From the NCBI GenBank assembly GCA_964534175.1, contig CAZHNS010000002.1:11863-75862 (forward strand): DNA of 64,000 nt, written 5' to 3'. Shown one piece after another: positions 37,371 through 47,850 of the stretch (its first letter is position 1; each line of letters opens with the position of its first letter). Under the pieces are notes generated by a model that ran no database searches, was not told the DNA's origin, and saw only the letters and a list, made by a program, of their open reading frames with translations. The DNA comes from an uncultured bacterium. GTDB lineage: Bacteria > Hydrothermota > UBA3072. A program made the translations under genes and the position numbers.

Positions 37371-39674
37371 ATGAAAAGAGTTTTAATTGTAATATTTTTT
37401 CTAATAGTAAATTTTCTTTCTGTCTCGATTTACGCTCAGCTAAAAGAATCCACCAGTGAAAAGGATGCTTCTTCTCCTTATTTTTTAGTTCAGGGAGAAT
37501 CGGATGTTGAAAGCTTTCCACTCCTCGAAACAACCACTGAGGTTAATATTGCCGGAGTAATCGCGGAAATAGAATTAACGCAGGTTTATAAGAATGACGG
37601 CAAGAAAACTATAGAAGCAGTATACGTTTTCCCTCTGGGCACAAAATCGGCAATACACGCCATGAGGATGAAAATTGGAGAAAGAATAATAGACGCGGAA
37701 ATAGAAGAAACGGAAAAAGCCAGGCAAATATACGAAGACGCGAAAAACGACGGAAAAGTCGCATCACTTTTAGAACAAAAACGCCCAAATGTTTTCCAGA
37801 TGAAAGTCGCAAATATCATGCCCGGAGATGAAGTAGAAGTAATTGTCAAATATACAGAAATGCTTATTCCGGAAAAAGGGATTTATGAATATGTATTCCC
37901 AACAGTGGTCGGTCCAAGATTCACAGGAGAACAAAAAGATAATGAAGACTGGACAGCCACTCCTTATCTTCACGAAAAGGAACTTCCCCCTTATAAATTT
38001 GATATAAAAGTTAATCTAAGAACAGGTATTCCTATATCAAAGGTTGTCGTGCCCACGCATAATGTTGACATAAAGAAAGAATACGATCAGGCAACAATAA
38101 CTTTATCAAAAAAAGAAAAATACGGAGGGAATAGAGATTTTATTCTCCACTATTCACTCAAAGGAAATAAAATACAAACCGGTCTCCTATTGTATCCCGG
38201 CGAGGAAGAAAACTTCTTCCTTCTCATGCTTGAACCACCGGACCGAGTAAACACAGATATGGTAACTCCCCGCGAATACCTCTTTGTTGTTGACGTTTCA
38301 GGTTCAATGCATGGCTTCCCTCTTGACGTTTCGAAAGCTCTGATGAAAAAGATAATCGAAGGATTAAGAAAACAGGATTATTTTAACATTCTTTTCTTCG
38401 CGGGAGGTTCGGCAGTGCTTTCCCCGGAACCACTCTCTGCAACAAGTGAGAATAAAAAGAAAGCGATAGAAATGGTTATGTCTCAGACGGGCGGTGGCGG
38501 AACGAGATTACTTGATGCTCTAAATAGAATATCCTCTCTCCCCAAAAAAGAAGGCCTTTCAAGGATTATTGTTGCTGCTACAGACGGGTACATTTCCGTA
38601 GAAAAAGAAGCCTTCGATCATATAAGACAAAACCTCGGAGAAAACAATTTCTTCGCATTTGGCATTGGTTCATCTGTTAACCGCTACCTTATTGAAGGAA
38701 TGGCTAGAGCGGGGAAAGGCGAACCTTTTGTAGTTATAAATCAGAACGAAGCTAAAGAAAAAGCCGACAAATTTTTAGATTACGTAAAAAACCCGCTTCT
38801 AACCGATATAAAATCTTACCTAAAAGGATTCGATGCATACGATACCGAACCAATCAGCATACCTGATCTCTTTGCCGAAAGACCTCTTGTGCTTTTTGGT
38901 AAATATATAAACGCTCGCGGGAGTATAATTGTAACTGGTAAAACAGCGAACGGCAATTATAAGAAAGAAATAAGTATTAAATCTTCTATGGAAAATAGAG
39001 AGAATTCTGCTATCAAATATCTATGGGCAAGGGAGAAAATTGCAGAGCTTGACGATTACGCAAAAGTAGGAACAGATGTAAAAGACGAGGTCACCAGACT
39101 CGGACTTAAATATCATTTAATGACTCAATATACTTCTTTCGTAGCTGTGGATAAAATTATACGTGAAACCGGAGAGGTAGTTAGCGTAAAACAGCCCTTG
39201 CCACTTCCACAGGGTGTTAGCGATTATGCGGTAGGAGGATATCCTTCTGCACCAAGCGGTCTCGGAAGAGGAGGCTTCATGATGAAATCAGCAGAATATG
39301 CCTCATCTGCCAAAATGGAAAAAACAAAGCTACCAGCAAGCCTTACCGAACAAAAGATAAAAGAATCAAACTTCTATATTAGCAAAGCAACAGTAGGGCC
39401 GAAAACTAACCTTAAAAAACTGGAAGAGCTTCTCTCAGGCGAACTTGAGGCAGGATTTGAAACTATCTTAAAAAACTGGAATCTTGAAACTTTAACCCTT
39501 TTATTAGAAATAGAAGCAGGCAAAATTAAAAAGTTCGAAATCAAAAACTACAAAACATCTAAAGGAAAGGCATGCAAAGAATGCATTAAAAAGTCAATAA
39601 AAAGGGAATTAAACAACTTAAAGCTGCCGGCAGATATAAAAGGCACTGTGGAATTAATCGTAAATTATATTTAG
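37371..39674 (+). CDS. secreted VIT (vault inter-alpha-trypsin) plus von Willebrand factor A domain protein
   Basis: Signal peptide; VIT-like N-domain; MIDAS DVSGSMHG...T...D motifs. Confidence 0.7.
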   Translation: MKRVLIVIFFLIVNFLSVSIYAQLKESTSEKDASSPYFLVQGESDVESFPLLETTTEVNIAGVIAEIELTQVYKNDGKKTIEAVYVFPLGTKSAIHAMRMKIGERIIDAEIEETEKARQIYEDAKNDGKVASLLEQKRPNVFQMKVANIMPGDEVEVIVKYTEMLIPEKGIYEYVFPTVVGPRFTGEQKDNEDWTATPYLHEKELPPYKFDIKVNLRTGIPISKVVVPTHNVDIKKEYDQATITLSKKEKYGGNRDFILHYSLKGNKIQTGLLLYPGEEENFFLLMLEPPDRVNTDMVTPREYLFVVDVSGSMHGFPLDVSKALMKKIIEGLRKQDYFNILFFAGGSAVLSPEPLSATSENKKKAIEMVMSQTGGGGTRLLDALNRISSLPKKEGLSRIIVAATDGYISVEKEAFDHIRQNLGENNFFAFGIGSSVNRYLIEGMARAGKGEPFVVINQNEAKEKADKFLDYVKNPLLTDIKSYLKGFDAYDTEPISIPDLFAERPLVLFGKYINARGSIIVTGKTANGNYKKEISIKSSMENRENSAIKYLWAREKIAELDDYAKVGTDVKDEVTRLGLKYHLMTQYTSFVAVDKIIRETGEVVSVKQPLPLPQGVSDYAVGGYPSAPSGLGRGGFMMKSAEYASSAKMEKTKLPASLTEQKIKESNFYISKATVGPKTNLKKLEELLSGELEAGFETILKNWNLETLTLLLEIEAGKIKKFEIKNYKTSKGKACKECIKKSIKRELNNLKLPADIKGTVELIVNYI

Positions 39675-39705
39675 AAACTCGTAGATTAACAACACTCTCG
39701 CTCTT

Positions 39706-39743
39706 AGGCTCTGATAAGCTCACTTATCAGAGCCTTCTTTTTT
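39706..39743 (+). terminator. rho-independent terminator (13-bp perfect stem plus T-tract)
   Basis: aggctctgataag-ctcac-cttatcagagcct-tctttttt. Confidence 0.8.
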
Positions 39744-39762
39744 AAAAATACCACATATCTCC

Positions 39763-39790
39763 TTGACTATCTTTACTTTGTTAATATAAT
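39763..39790 (+). promoter_or_regulatory. sigma70-type promoter TTGACT-N16-TATAAT for metF
   Basis: TTGACT 39763-39768, TATAAT 39785-39790. Confidence 0.5.
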
Positions 39791-39811
39791 CAGGTAAATG
39801 GGTCAAATAAT

Positions 39812-40678
39812 ATGAAAATATGTGATATTTACAGAAATAAAAAAAATATTTTTTCCTGTGAAGTCTTTCCTCCGAAGCCCGGTGCAAAGAAAGACGATAT
39901 ACTGGAAACTATAAGAGATTTAGAATCAACATCTCCCGATTTCATAAGCGTCACTTACGGTGCAGGAGGAAAAACAAAAGAAGGAACAATCGAGATAGCA
40001 AGTGAAATAAAAAATAAGTACAAAATGGAACCACTTATGCATCTGACCTGCATCGACAGTAGAAAAAAAGATATTGATACAATATTAAATAAAATAAGTG
40101 AAGAAGGAATTGAAAATATACTGAGTCTCCGCGGAGATATCCCAACCGATAGAAATCTTAAAACTACTGCTTCCGATTTTTCACACGCATGTGATTTAAC
40201 CTCTTACGTCGACTCCCATACGAATAAATTCTGTTTGGGAGTGGCGGGATATCCTGAAGGTCATCCTGAGGCATATTCTTTAGAAAAAGATATAAAAAAT
40301 TTATCCGGAAAAATACAGGCAGGAGCTTCATTCATAATAACTCAAATGTTTTTCAAAAATGATTTTTTTTACGCATATTTAGATAAAATACGTGAAACAG
40401 GAATCAATGTCCCTGTTTCTGCCGGAATTATGCCCGTTTTTAAAGCAAAGCTTTTATCTAAAATGATAAAATTGAGTCATGCTACCGTTCCTTCCGAGTT
40501 AATCTCACTGGTGGAGAAATATCGTGCCAATGATAGAGAGATGGAAAAAGCCGGAATAGAATTTGCCGTAAAACAAATAGAAGATCTAGTGAAACACGGA
40601 GCGGACGGGGTCCATCTTTTTACTATGAATAGAGCTTCTCTTGCCAAAAAAATTTCTTCTTATTCGAACCTGAGGTGA
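39812..40678 (+). CDS. metF: 5,10-methylenetetrahydrofolate reductase
   Basis: FSCEVFPPK...SVTYGAGG N-terminal motifs, TIM-barrel length. Confidence 0.85.
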   Translation: MKICDIYRNKKNIFSCEVFPPKPGAKKDDILETIRDLESTSPDFISVTYGAGGKTKEGTIEIASEIKNKYKMEPLMHLTCIDSRKKDIDTILNKISEEGIENILSLRGDIPTDRNLKTTASDFSHACDLTSYVDSHTNKFCLGVAGYPEGHPEAYSLEKDIKNLSGKIQAGASFIITQMFFKNDFFYAYLDKIRETGINVPVSAGIMPVFKAKLLSKMIKLSHATVPSELISLVEKYRANDREMEKAGIEFAVKQIEDLVKHGADGVHLFTMNRASLAKKISSYSNLR

Positions 40679-40685
40679 TTTTCGT

Positions 40686-41270
40686 ATGTTACATATATTT
40701 ATTTTTGCCTCTTTTGCTCCTTTTTTCTTTATCGCTCATCCTCATGTTTTTATCGACAACAGAACCTCAGTAATCTTTGACGATACAGGACTCACAGGTT
40801 TCAGACACGAATGGACCTTTGATGAAATGTTTAGCAGCACTATAATACATGAATTTGACCTTAATGCTGATGGTAAGTTTGATGAAAATGAAATCAAAGA
40901 AGTAATAAAAGGAGCTTTTTCCAACCTCAAAGAACATAATTATTTTACCTATATAACTATAAATGGAAATCAATTCAAAATAAAAGGATTCGAAGATTTT
41001 CATGCCGAGATTGACAGTGGGTCAATGATTTACTATTTTTTTCTCCCATGTGAAGTTCCTGCTACCTCAAGCAATCAAGAAGTAAAAATAGCTGTATATG
41101 ACCCAACTTACTTTGTCCAGGTATTATGGGCATCTGAAAATCCCTATGCCTTTGAGGATACTTCAAAATTAGAACTCACTTGCAAAGTTATCGAAGATGA
41201 AAAAAACTCCTACTATTACGGACAAATAATACCAGAAGCTTTAAAAATAAAATTTCGGAAGAATCCATGA
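40686..41270 (+). CDS. DUF1007-family periplasmic protein (partner of NicO-type metal transporters)
   Basis: Signal peptide followed by HPHVFID start; overlaps next gene (ATGA). Confidence 0.5.
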   Translation: MLHIFIFASFAPFFFIAHPHVFIDNRTSVIFDDTGLTGFRHEWTFDEMFSSTIIHEFDLNADGKFDENEIKEVIKGAFSNLKEHNYFTYITINGNQFKIKGFEDFHAEIDSGSMIYYFFLPCEVPATSSNQEVKIAVYDPTYFVQVLWASENPYAFEDTSKLELTCKVIEDEKNSYYYGQIIPEALKIKFRKNP

Positions 41271-42181
41271 GAAAATTTATTATTCTGCTGAGTTTACTCT
41301 TTATCACTAATTCGCTTATAGCACAGGATAATCCTTTTTTGTCAAAAGAAAAATCCTCTTCCGAAAGAAAAGAAATCGGGAAAACTCTTAGTTATCCGCG
41401 TTTTACTCAGAAAATCATTGGCAAAATAGCTCTTTTTCAACGTTCTTTAAATAAACGTCTCGCCGAATTAACCAAGCAACTAAAAGAAAGAAAATCAACT
41501 AAACTGTTTCTTTTTATACTATTTGTTACATTTGCTTATGGAGTAGTTCACGCCATTGGACCCGGACACGGCAAGACTTTGACCTTTTCATATTTTCTCT
41601 CAGAAGAAACAAATATTAAAAAAGGAGTTACCGTAGGATGCATAATAGGTTTCTTGCATGCCACCTCAGCTCTAATTCTCGTATTGATCATATATTTCAC
41701 TGCCAAAAAAACTTACCTGCATAACATTGAGAATACGAGTGGAGCAATTAAAATAATAAGCTATAGCTTAATAATTTGTATAGGGCTGTTTTTGCTAATA
41801 AAAAATATATACGAGATTAAGAAAAGAAAAAATATTAAAGAGAAAGATCTCCCAATCCTTAGAGACGCAAAAAGTGTTGTTCCCTTTTCTGTTGCCGTAG
41901 GATTAATTCCCTGTCCGGGAGCTACAATAATACTTCTTTTTTCTTTATCTTTGGGAATATTAAAAATTGGAATAATCTCTATAATTTTCATGGCTCTGGG
42001 CATGGCGGTCACCATTTCTTCCGTCGGTATTCTCACTATTTTCGCAAAAGACAATATTAAAAAGATATTATCAAAAAAAGCCAACCTGCATTCGATTTTT
42101 CAAAAAACAATCTCTGTTTTGGGGGCTTTTTTTATTTTTACTCTTGGAGTAATATTACTTTTAGGCGCTTATGTAAGATAG
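41267..42181 (+). CDS. NicO/RcnA-like nickel/cobalt transporter family membrane protein
   Basis: HAIGPGHGKT motif, 6-8 TM helices. Confidence 0.6.
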   Translation: MRKFIILLSLLFITNSLIAQDNPFLSKEKSSSERKEIGKTLSYPRFTQKIIGKIALFQRSLNKRLAELTKQLKERKSTKLFLFILFVTFAYGVVHAIGPGHGKTLTFSYFLSEETNIKKGVTVGCIIGFLHATSALILVLIIYFTAKKTYLHNIENTSGAIKIISYSLIICIGLFLLIKNIYEIKKRKNIKEKDLPILRDAKSVVPFSVAVGLIPCPGATIILLFSLSLGILKIGIISIIFMALGMAVTISSVGILTIFAKDNIKKILSKKANLHSIFQKTISVLGAFFIFTLGVILLLGAYVR

Positions 42182-42216
42182 GAACACAGAAGGGAAAATA
42201 GGGATTCGAATAAAAA

Positions 42217-43116
42217 ATGGATTACGCAGAGAAGATAAAAGAATTAAAAGATAGAAAAAATGCCGTTATACTTGTGCACAATTATCAGCGAGGTGAAGTT
42301 CAGGAAATAGCTGACTATTTAGGTGATTCACTTGGATTATCACAAAAGGCGCAAGAAACTGACTCCGAAATAATCGTCTTTTGCGGTGTAAAGTTTATGG
42401 CGGAAACCGCGAAAATACTCTCTCCGGAGAAGAAAGTCTTAATGCCAAGAGAAGAAGCAGGATGTCCTATGGCAAATATGGTAACACCGGATGATGTATT
42501 GGATATGCGAAAAAAACATCCGAACGCGAAAGTGGTTTCGTATGTAAACACTAACGCCGACGTAAAAGCGGTTACCGATGTCTGCTGTACTTCGGCAAAT
42601 GCAGTCAAAGTCGTAAAAAATATAGATGCGGATGAAATCATCTTTGTACCGGACAAAAATCTTGGTTCATATGTTAAGCGGTTTACAGACAAAAAGATTA
42701 TACTCTGGGACGGTTTCTGCTATGTGCATGACCAGATATCAAAAGAAGAAATTCTCACGGCAAAGAGAAAATTTCCGGAAGCACTAATCTTAGTACATCC
42801 CGAATGTAAGCCAGAAGTCATCGACATAGCCGATGAGGTTTTATCTACTTCTGGAATGATTAAATTTGCAAAAAATTCCAGTGCAAAAAGTTTTTTAATA
42901 GGCACCGAAGAAGGAATTATATACAGACTAAAAAAAGAAAACCCCAACAAGGAATTTTATTCCCCGGGAACACCTAAAATTTGTTCAAACATGAAACTCA
43001 CTCATTTAGAAGATGTTTACAACGCTTTAAACGAAGAGAAACATGAAATAATCTTACCCGAAAACATTATAAGCGCATCAAAGAAATCGTTAGAAGCAAT
43101 GCTTAAGTATGTCTAA
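42217..43116 (+). CDS. nadA: quinolinate synthase
   Basis: VILVHNYQ, CTSANAV, three-repeat fold length. Confidence 0.85.
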   Translation: MDYAEKIKELKDRKNAVILVHNYQRGEVQEIADYLGDSLGLSQKAQETDSEIIVFCGVKFMAETAKILSPEKKVLMPREEAGCPMANMVTPDDVLDMRKKHPNAKVVSYVNTNADVKAVTDVCCTSANAVKVVKNIDADEIIFVPDKNLGSYVKRFTDKKIILWDGFCYVHDQISKEEILTAKRKFPEALILVHPECKPEVIDIADEVLSTSGMIKFAKNSSAKSFLIGTEEGIIYRLKKENPNKEFYSPGTPKICSNMKLTHLEDVYNALNEEKHEIILPENIISASKKSLEAMLKYV

Positions 43117-44191
43117 AGAAAAAGTTCTTGTTGCAATGAGCGGGGGTGTTGATTCCTCTGTCACGTGCGCTCTTCTTAAGAAAAAAGGCTATGATGTAAC
43201 CGGCGTTACAATGAAAATCTGGGATGGAAAAGAATGCGCAAATTCGGCCGGAAATTCCCATGCCTGTTACGGACCGGGAGAATTACAAGATATCGAAGAC
43301 GCGAAAAAAGTGGCAGACCACCTCAGACTTCCATTAACCGTGCTCGATCTCAGTAAAGAATACCGTGATATTGTTCTTGATTACGTAGTGGATGAATATC
43401 TTTCCGGAAAAACTCCTAATCCATGCGTTTTATGCAACAAAATGGTTAAACTCAGCGTACTTCTGGATAAGGCTACTGATGCAGGGCTCTCGTTTGATTA
43501 TGTGGCTACGGGGCATTATGTAAGAAATAAATTTGATGAAGAAAAAAATCGTTATCTTCTACTAAAGGCAAAATACAAAGAAAAAGACCAGTCGTATTTT
43601 CTATATTCTCTTTCCCAACAGCAAATAGCAAAATGTATTTTCCCTCTCGGCGATTATACTAAGGAAGAAGTAAGAAAATTGGCAACAGAAATGGACTTAC
43701 CAGTTAAAGAAAAAAAAGAAAGTCAGGATTTCTTTTCGGGAGACATATCGATTTTATTCGGAGAAAAGGGGAAACCAGGCAAAATTCTAGACAAAGAAGG
43801 AAACATTTTGGGCGAACATAGAGGAATCCAGTATTACACCATAGGGCAGAGAAGGGGCCTCGGAATAGCAAAGGGGTTACCTCTATATGTAGTCGAAATT
43901 GACAAAGCCACCAATTCAATTGTTTTAGGTGAGAAAAAAGATCTTCTTAACGATACCCTGTTGGCAGATAAACTCAATTGGGTCTCTACTCCGAATCTCG
44001 AGTGCGAAATGGAAGTAAAAGCGAGGATACGATATCGCCACAGGGAGGCAGCGGCGCTTATTTCACCTCACAAAGATAACACTATCCTTGTTAAATTTAA
44101 AAAACCTCAAAGTGCGATAACACCCGGTCAGGCAGTCGTTTTTTATAGAGGTGATATCGTCGTAGGCGGCGGAACGATTACAAAAAAATGA
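43109..44191 (+). CDS. mnmA: tRNA-specific 2-thiouridylase
   Basis: PP-loop VLVAMSGGVDSSV, catalytic Cys motifs. Confidence 0.85.
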   Translation: MSKEKVLVAMSGGVDSSVTCALLKKKGYDVTGVTMKIWDGKECANSAGNSHACYGPGELQDIEDAKKVADHLRLPLTVLDLSKEYRDIVLDYVVDEYLSGKTPNPCVLCNKMVKLSVLLDKATDAGLSFDYVATGHYVRNKFDEEKNRYLLLKAKYKEKDQSYFLYSLSQQQIAKCIFPLGDYTKEEVRKLATEMDLPVKEKKESQDFFSGDISILFGEKGKPGKILDKEGNILGEHRGIQYYTIGQRRGLGIAKGLPLYVVEIDKATNSIVLGEKKDLLNDTLLADKLNWVSTPNLECEMEVKARIRYRHREAAALISPHKDNTILVKFKKPQSAITPGQAVVFYRGDIVVGGGTITKK

Positions 44192-45177
44192 AGGCTGTGA
44201 GTTTGTTTTCCGGCGGGCTGGATAGTATCTTATCCGCCAAACTCATTCAAAATCAAGGAATAGATGTTACAGCATTTCATTTTGTTCTGCCTTTTTATTA
44301 TATTGAAGATGAAAAACAAATTAAGGCAGTAAAAACTGCGCATAAATTGAATATTCCAATAGAAATTTTTCGCGGAGGAAGAGATTACATAGAAATAGTT
44401 AAAAATCCAAAAAACGGTTACGGGAAAAATATGAATCCGTGTATAGATTGTAAGATTTTCATAATGAAAAAGGCTCAAACTTTTATGGAAGAAATCGGAG
44501 CTTCTTTTATGCTCAGCGGTGAAGTCCTCGGCCAACGTCCGATGAGTCAAAGAAAGAAAATAATGGAATTAATTGAAAAGGAAGCTGGTGTCGAAGGGCT
44601 TCTACTACGCCCACTCTCAGCAAAACTCCTCCATCCCACCATACCTGAAGAAAAAGGCTGGGTCAAAAGAGAAAAATTTTGTGCTTTTGAGGGTAGAAGC
44701 AGAAAACCTCAAATACGAAAAGCAAAAGAACTAGGCATAACGGAATATCCATCTCCTGCAGGCGGTTGTTGCCTCACCGACCTTGATTTTTCTATTCGAT
44801 TACGCGACGCATTTGAGCACAACGAAGATGACATATATGGGTTACAATTGCTAAACTTTGGGCGTCATTTCAGACTTAAAAGCGGAGCCAAGTTAATCGT
44901 AGGAAGAGACGAGAAAGAGAACAATATAATAGAAAAACTTGCCGATGATGATGACTTACTTATTGAAGGAGTAGGATTCGGCAGCCCCATCGCCTTACTG
45001 AAGAACAGTAAAAGTCCTGAAGATATTGATATATCTTCTTCTATATGCGTAAGATACAGTAAAAAAAGAGCCGGAAAAAGCGCAAAAGTCAGTGTAAGAA
45101 CAAAAAAGGAAAATATCACAGAGAAAGAAGTCACATCCTTGGAAAAAGAAGCCGTAGATTCCCTACTAATTCACTAA
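44188..45177 (+). CDS. ThiI-like PP-loop ATP pyrophosphatase lacking THUMP domain (tRNA sulfurtransferase-like)
   Basis: SGGLDSILSAKL...VTAFHF and GEVLGQRPMSQ...LLRPL match ThiI C-domain; overlaps mnmA (ATGA). Confidence 0.6.
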   Translation: MKAVSLFSGGLDSILSAKLIQNQGIDVTAFHFVLPFYYIEDEKQIKAVKTAHKLNIPIEIFRGGRDYIEIVKNPKNGYGKNMNPCIDCKIFIMKKAQTFMEEIGASFMLSGEVLGQRPMSQRKKIMELIEKEAGVEGLLLRPLSAKLLHPTIPEEKGWVKREKFCAFEGRSRKPQIRKAKELGITEYPSPAGGCCLTDLDFSIRLRDAFEHNEDDIYGLQLLNFGRHFRLKSGAKLIVGRDEKENNIIEKLADDDDLLIEGVGFGSPIALLKNSKSPEDIDISSSICVRYSKKRAGKSAKVSVRTKKENITEKEVTSLEKEAVDSLLIH

Positions 45178-45229
45178 AAGTAATTTTAGAATCTATCTTT
45201 AAACGAACATTCTGTTTAAAATTTATGTG

Positions 45230-45258
45230 TTGACATATAAAAAAAAATCTATTATAAT
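45230..45258 (+). promoter_or_regulatory. sigma70-type promoter TTGACA-N17-TATAAT
   Basis: TTGACA 45230-45235, TATAAT 45253-45258. Confidence 0.55.
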
Positions 45259-45298
45259 AGTATATATTATTTTTTCTAATTTAATTAAGGGGGTAAAG

Positions 45299-47794
45299 AT
45301 GATCTTTACTTTATGTTTTATACTAGCTAATTCAGTAACAGCTTACCAGTGGCAAGAACTACCTTCTCCGGAAATCAGGACACACGCACATGGAGTTGTT
45401 TATGACCCAATAAATGACTTATTCTTTATAATGGGCGGCGACTCAAGCGATTTTGAAGATTTCGACTTTATGGATATATGTCTTGAGTTCGACCCAAAAA
45501 CCAATACCTGGAACACTAAAGAGCCTATGCCTACAAGAAGAGGAAGACACTGCGCCGCATATAGAAACGGCTTCATACATGTTTTGTGCGGAATGAACGA
45601 ATCCGGCACTAAAATTACAACCCACGCAGTATATAATATAAGCAGTGATTCCTGGGACACGGCAGCACCATCACCCTTTAGGGTAGCTCGTCCAGCTGTT
45701 GAAACGTGGAGGGACTCTCTCGTTTATCTTATAGGAGGTTATGACGTATCCCATGTGGCCCGAGACGATGTTTATTTCTATGACGCTACAACCAATTCGT
45801 GGGACTCTGCCACCTTTATGCCACAAGGAATGCACTGCGGAACAGCAGAAATAAAAGGAGATTCTATCTTTATTTTCGGCGGATACAAATCACGAATTCT
45901 TCTTGGCGAAATCAACCCGGCTGATCCTTCCGAGATAAACTGGTCCTGGGGAGAAACACTACCAATGGCTAATAACGCAGCTCCCGGTCTTGCAATTAAA
46001 AACAACAAAGCATATATGATAGGTGGAGATATTGACGGCGGCATCAATGAAGCATGGCAATATGATATACAAAACGAAACCTGGACATCCCTCCCGGATT
46101 ACCCAACAAGTCGTATATTAAGAGGTGATTTCGCCCAGAGAAGAGATGGTCCGGATTCTTTAGGTGTAATATACTGCTTTATGGGAGATACTTCTGTTTC
46201 TTCGGGACATTCTCCTACTGATGAATGTTTTAGATTGGTAGTTGCTGTAAACGATGCAGGGATGTACGCAATAAACAGTCCTGTTTCAGATACAACTATA
46301 GAATCCTTTGTCCAAGTTAATGGAACAGTTAAAAACTATGGGGGCAATACTTATTCTTTTAAAACTTATGTAAACATTTACGATCCAGATCTCTTAATCG
46401 CATTTTCTGATTCAATGCAGGTTGATGATCTCGCTTCTTCAGACACACTAAATATAGATTTTGGAAGTTTTCAACTAACAAAAATTGGCACTTATACTGT
46501 AGAGATGTTTACCTATGCATCGGATGATACATACCCCTTTAACGATTCACTAACTACGACTTTTAACTCTGCTGATTCTTCTGGTTATTTTTGGGAAGAA
46601 ATACCCTCACCAGGAATCAGGAACCTGGAACATGCAGCAGTATATGACCCAATCAATGACCTCTTTTTCATAATAGGCGGTGATTCAACCGGCTTTGAGA
46701 CCAACATGGATGTATGTCTTTCCTTCGACCCAGAAACAAACACATGGGATACCAAAACGCCAATGCCTACAAAAAGGGCACGCCATTGCGCTGATTATAG
46801 AAACGGCTTTATACATGTTTTGTGCGGAAAAGACAATTATGGAAATAACATTACTACCCATGAAGTATATGATATAGAGCTTAACTCCTGGTCTACAAAA
46901 GCAGCAGCACCCCTTTCGGTGAATGCTCCGAATTGTGTAGCGTGGAGAGACTCTCTTATTTACCTTATGGGAGGTTATGATGTATACCATAATGCAAGAT
47001 CCGAGGTATATTTATACAATGCTACGACTAATACCTGGGATGCTGCAACCTCTCTTCCAAGACCCTTCTTTGCTGGGGGAGCAAAAATAAAAGGTGATTC
47101 TATCTTTATTATCGGAGGTGCAGACGGGTCATCAATATACTCCAATATACTTATAGGTGAAATTAATCCGGATGACCCAACGGAAATAGATTGGTCATGG
47201 GGAACTTCATTACCGATGGCGTATAACGGAGCAAATGGTCTTGCAATTAAAGACAATAAAGCATATATGATAGGTGGAAATTTCGACGATGGGACCAATG
47301 AAGTATGGGAATATAACATTCCGGATGAAACATGGGATTCTCTTCCAGATTACCCGACAAGCATTATAAATAAATTTGGGTTCGCAGAAAGAAGAGATGG
47401 CCCGGATTCTTCAGGAGTTGTCTACTGCTTTATGGGTGACACCTCAATTACGTCAGCGCGATTACCGACGAATGAATGTTATCGACTAATAAGGATACCC
47501 TTCTCTTCCGGGATTGGAGAAGATATAATAACAGAAAAAAATTCAATTTCCCTAAATAGCACTATAAGCTTCGCAGGCGATGTAGCAATTAACTGTAACA
47601 TACTAGAAAGATGCGATCTAAAAATCGACATGTACGACATATCAGGCAGAAAGGTTTTCTCGAGCTTAGAAAGAAATTTATCTCCCGGAAGGCATCAATT
47701 CAGCATAAAAGAAGATTTCAAAAATGGTATTTATTTCATCAAAATAGAAGCCGGCTCCACTGCTGCCTTCGAGAAGATAATTTTAATACGCTAA
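45299..47794 (+). CDS. Kelch/beta-propeller repeat protein, internally duplicated, with T9SS C-terminal sorting domain
   Basis: Signal peptide; two ~400-aa homologous halves; C-terminal ...GIYFIKIEAGSTAAFEKIILIR. Confidence 0.65.
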   Translation: MIFTLCFILANSVTAYQWQELPSPEIRTHAHGVVYDPINDLFFIMGGDSSDFEDFDFMDICLEFDPKTNTWNTKEPMPTRRGRHCAAYRNGFIHVLCGMNESGTKITTHAVYNISSDSWDTAAPSPFRVARPAVETWRDSLVYLIGGYDVSHVARDDVYFYDATTNSWDSATFMPQGMHCGTAEIKGDSIFIFGGYKSRILLGEINPADPSEINWSWGETLPMANNAAPGLAIKNNKAYMIGGDIDGGINEAWQYDIQNETWTSLPDYPTSRILRGDFAQRRDGPDSLGVIYCFMGDTSVSSGHSPTDECFRLVVAVNDAGMYAINSPVSDTTIESFVQVNGTVKNYGGNTYSFKTYVNIYDPDLLIAFSDSMQVDDLASSDTLNIDFGSFQLTKIGTYTVEMFTYASDDTYPFNDSLTTTFNSADSSGYFWEEIPSPGIRNLEHAAVYDPINDLFFIIGGDSTGFETNMDVCLSFDPETNTWDTKTPMPTKRARHCADYRNGFIHVLCGKDNYGNNITTHEVYDIELNSWSTKAAAPLSVNAPNCVAWRDSLIYLMGGYDVYHNARSEVYLYNATTNTWDAATSLPRPFFAGGAKIKGDSIFIIGGADGSSIYSNILIGEINPDDPTEIDWSWGTSLPMAYNGANGLAIKDNKAYMIGGNFDDGTNEVWEYNIPDETWDSLPDYPTSIINKFGFAERRDGPDSSGVVYCFMGDTSITSARLPTNECYRLIRIPFSSGIGEDIITEKNSISLNSTISFAGDVAINCNILERCDLKIDMYDISGRKVFSSLERNLSPGRHQFSIKEDFKNGIYFIKIEAGSTAAFEKIILIR

Positions 47795-47850
47795 GTTGAA
47801 GAACTTTTAGAGGCTGAATAAAAAGGATAAAATCTACGTTTATCTACTTT

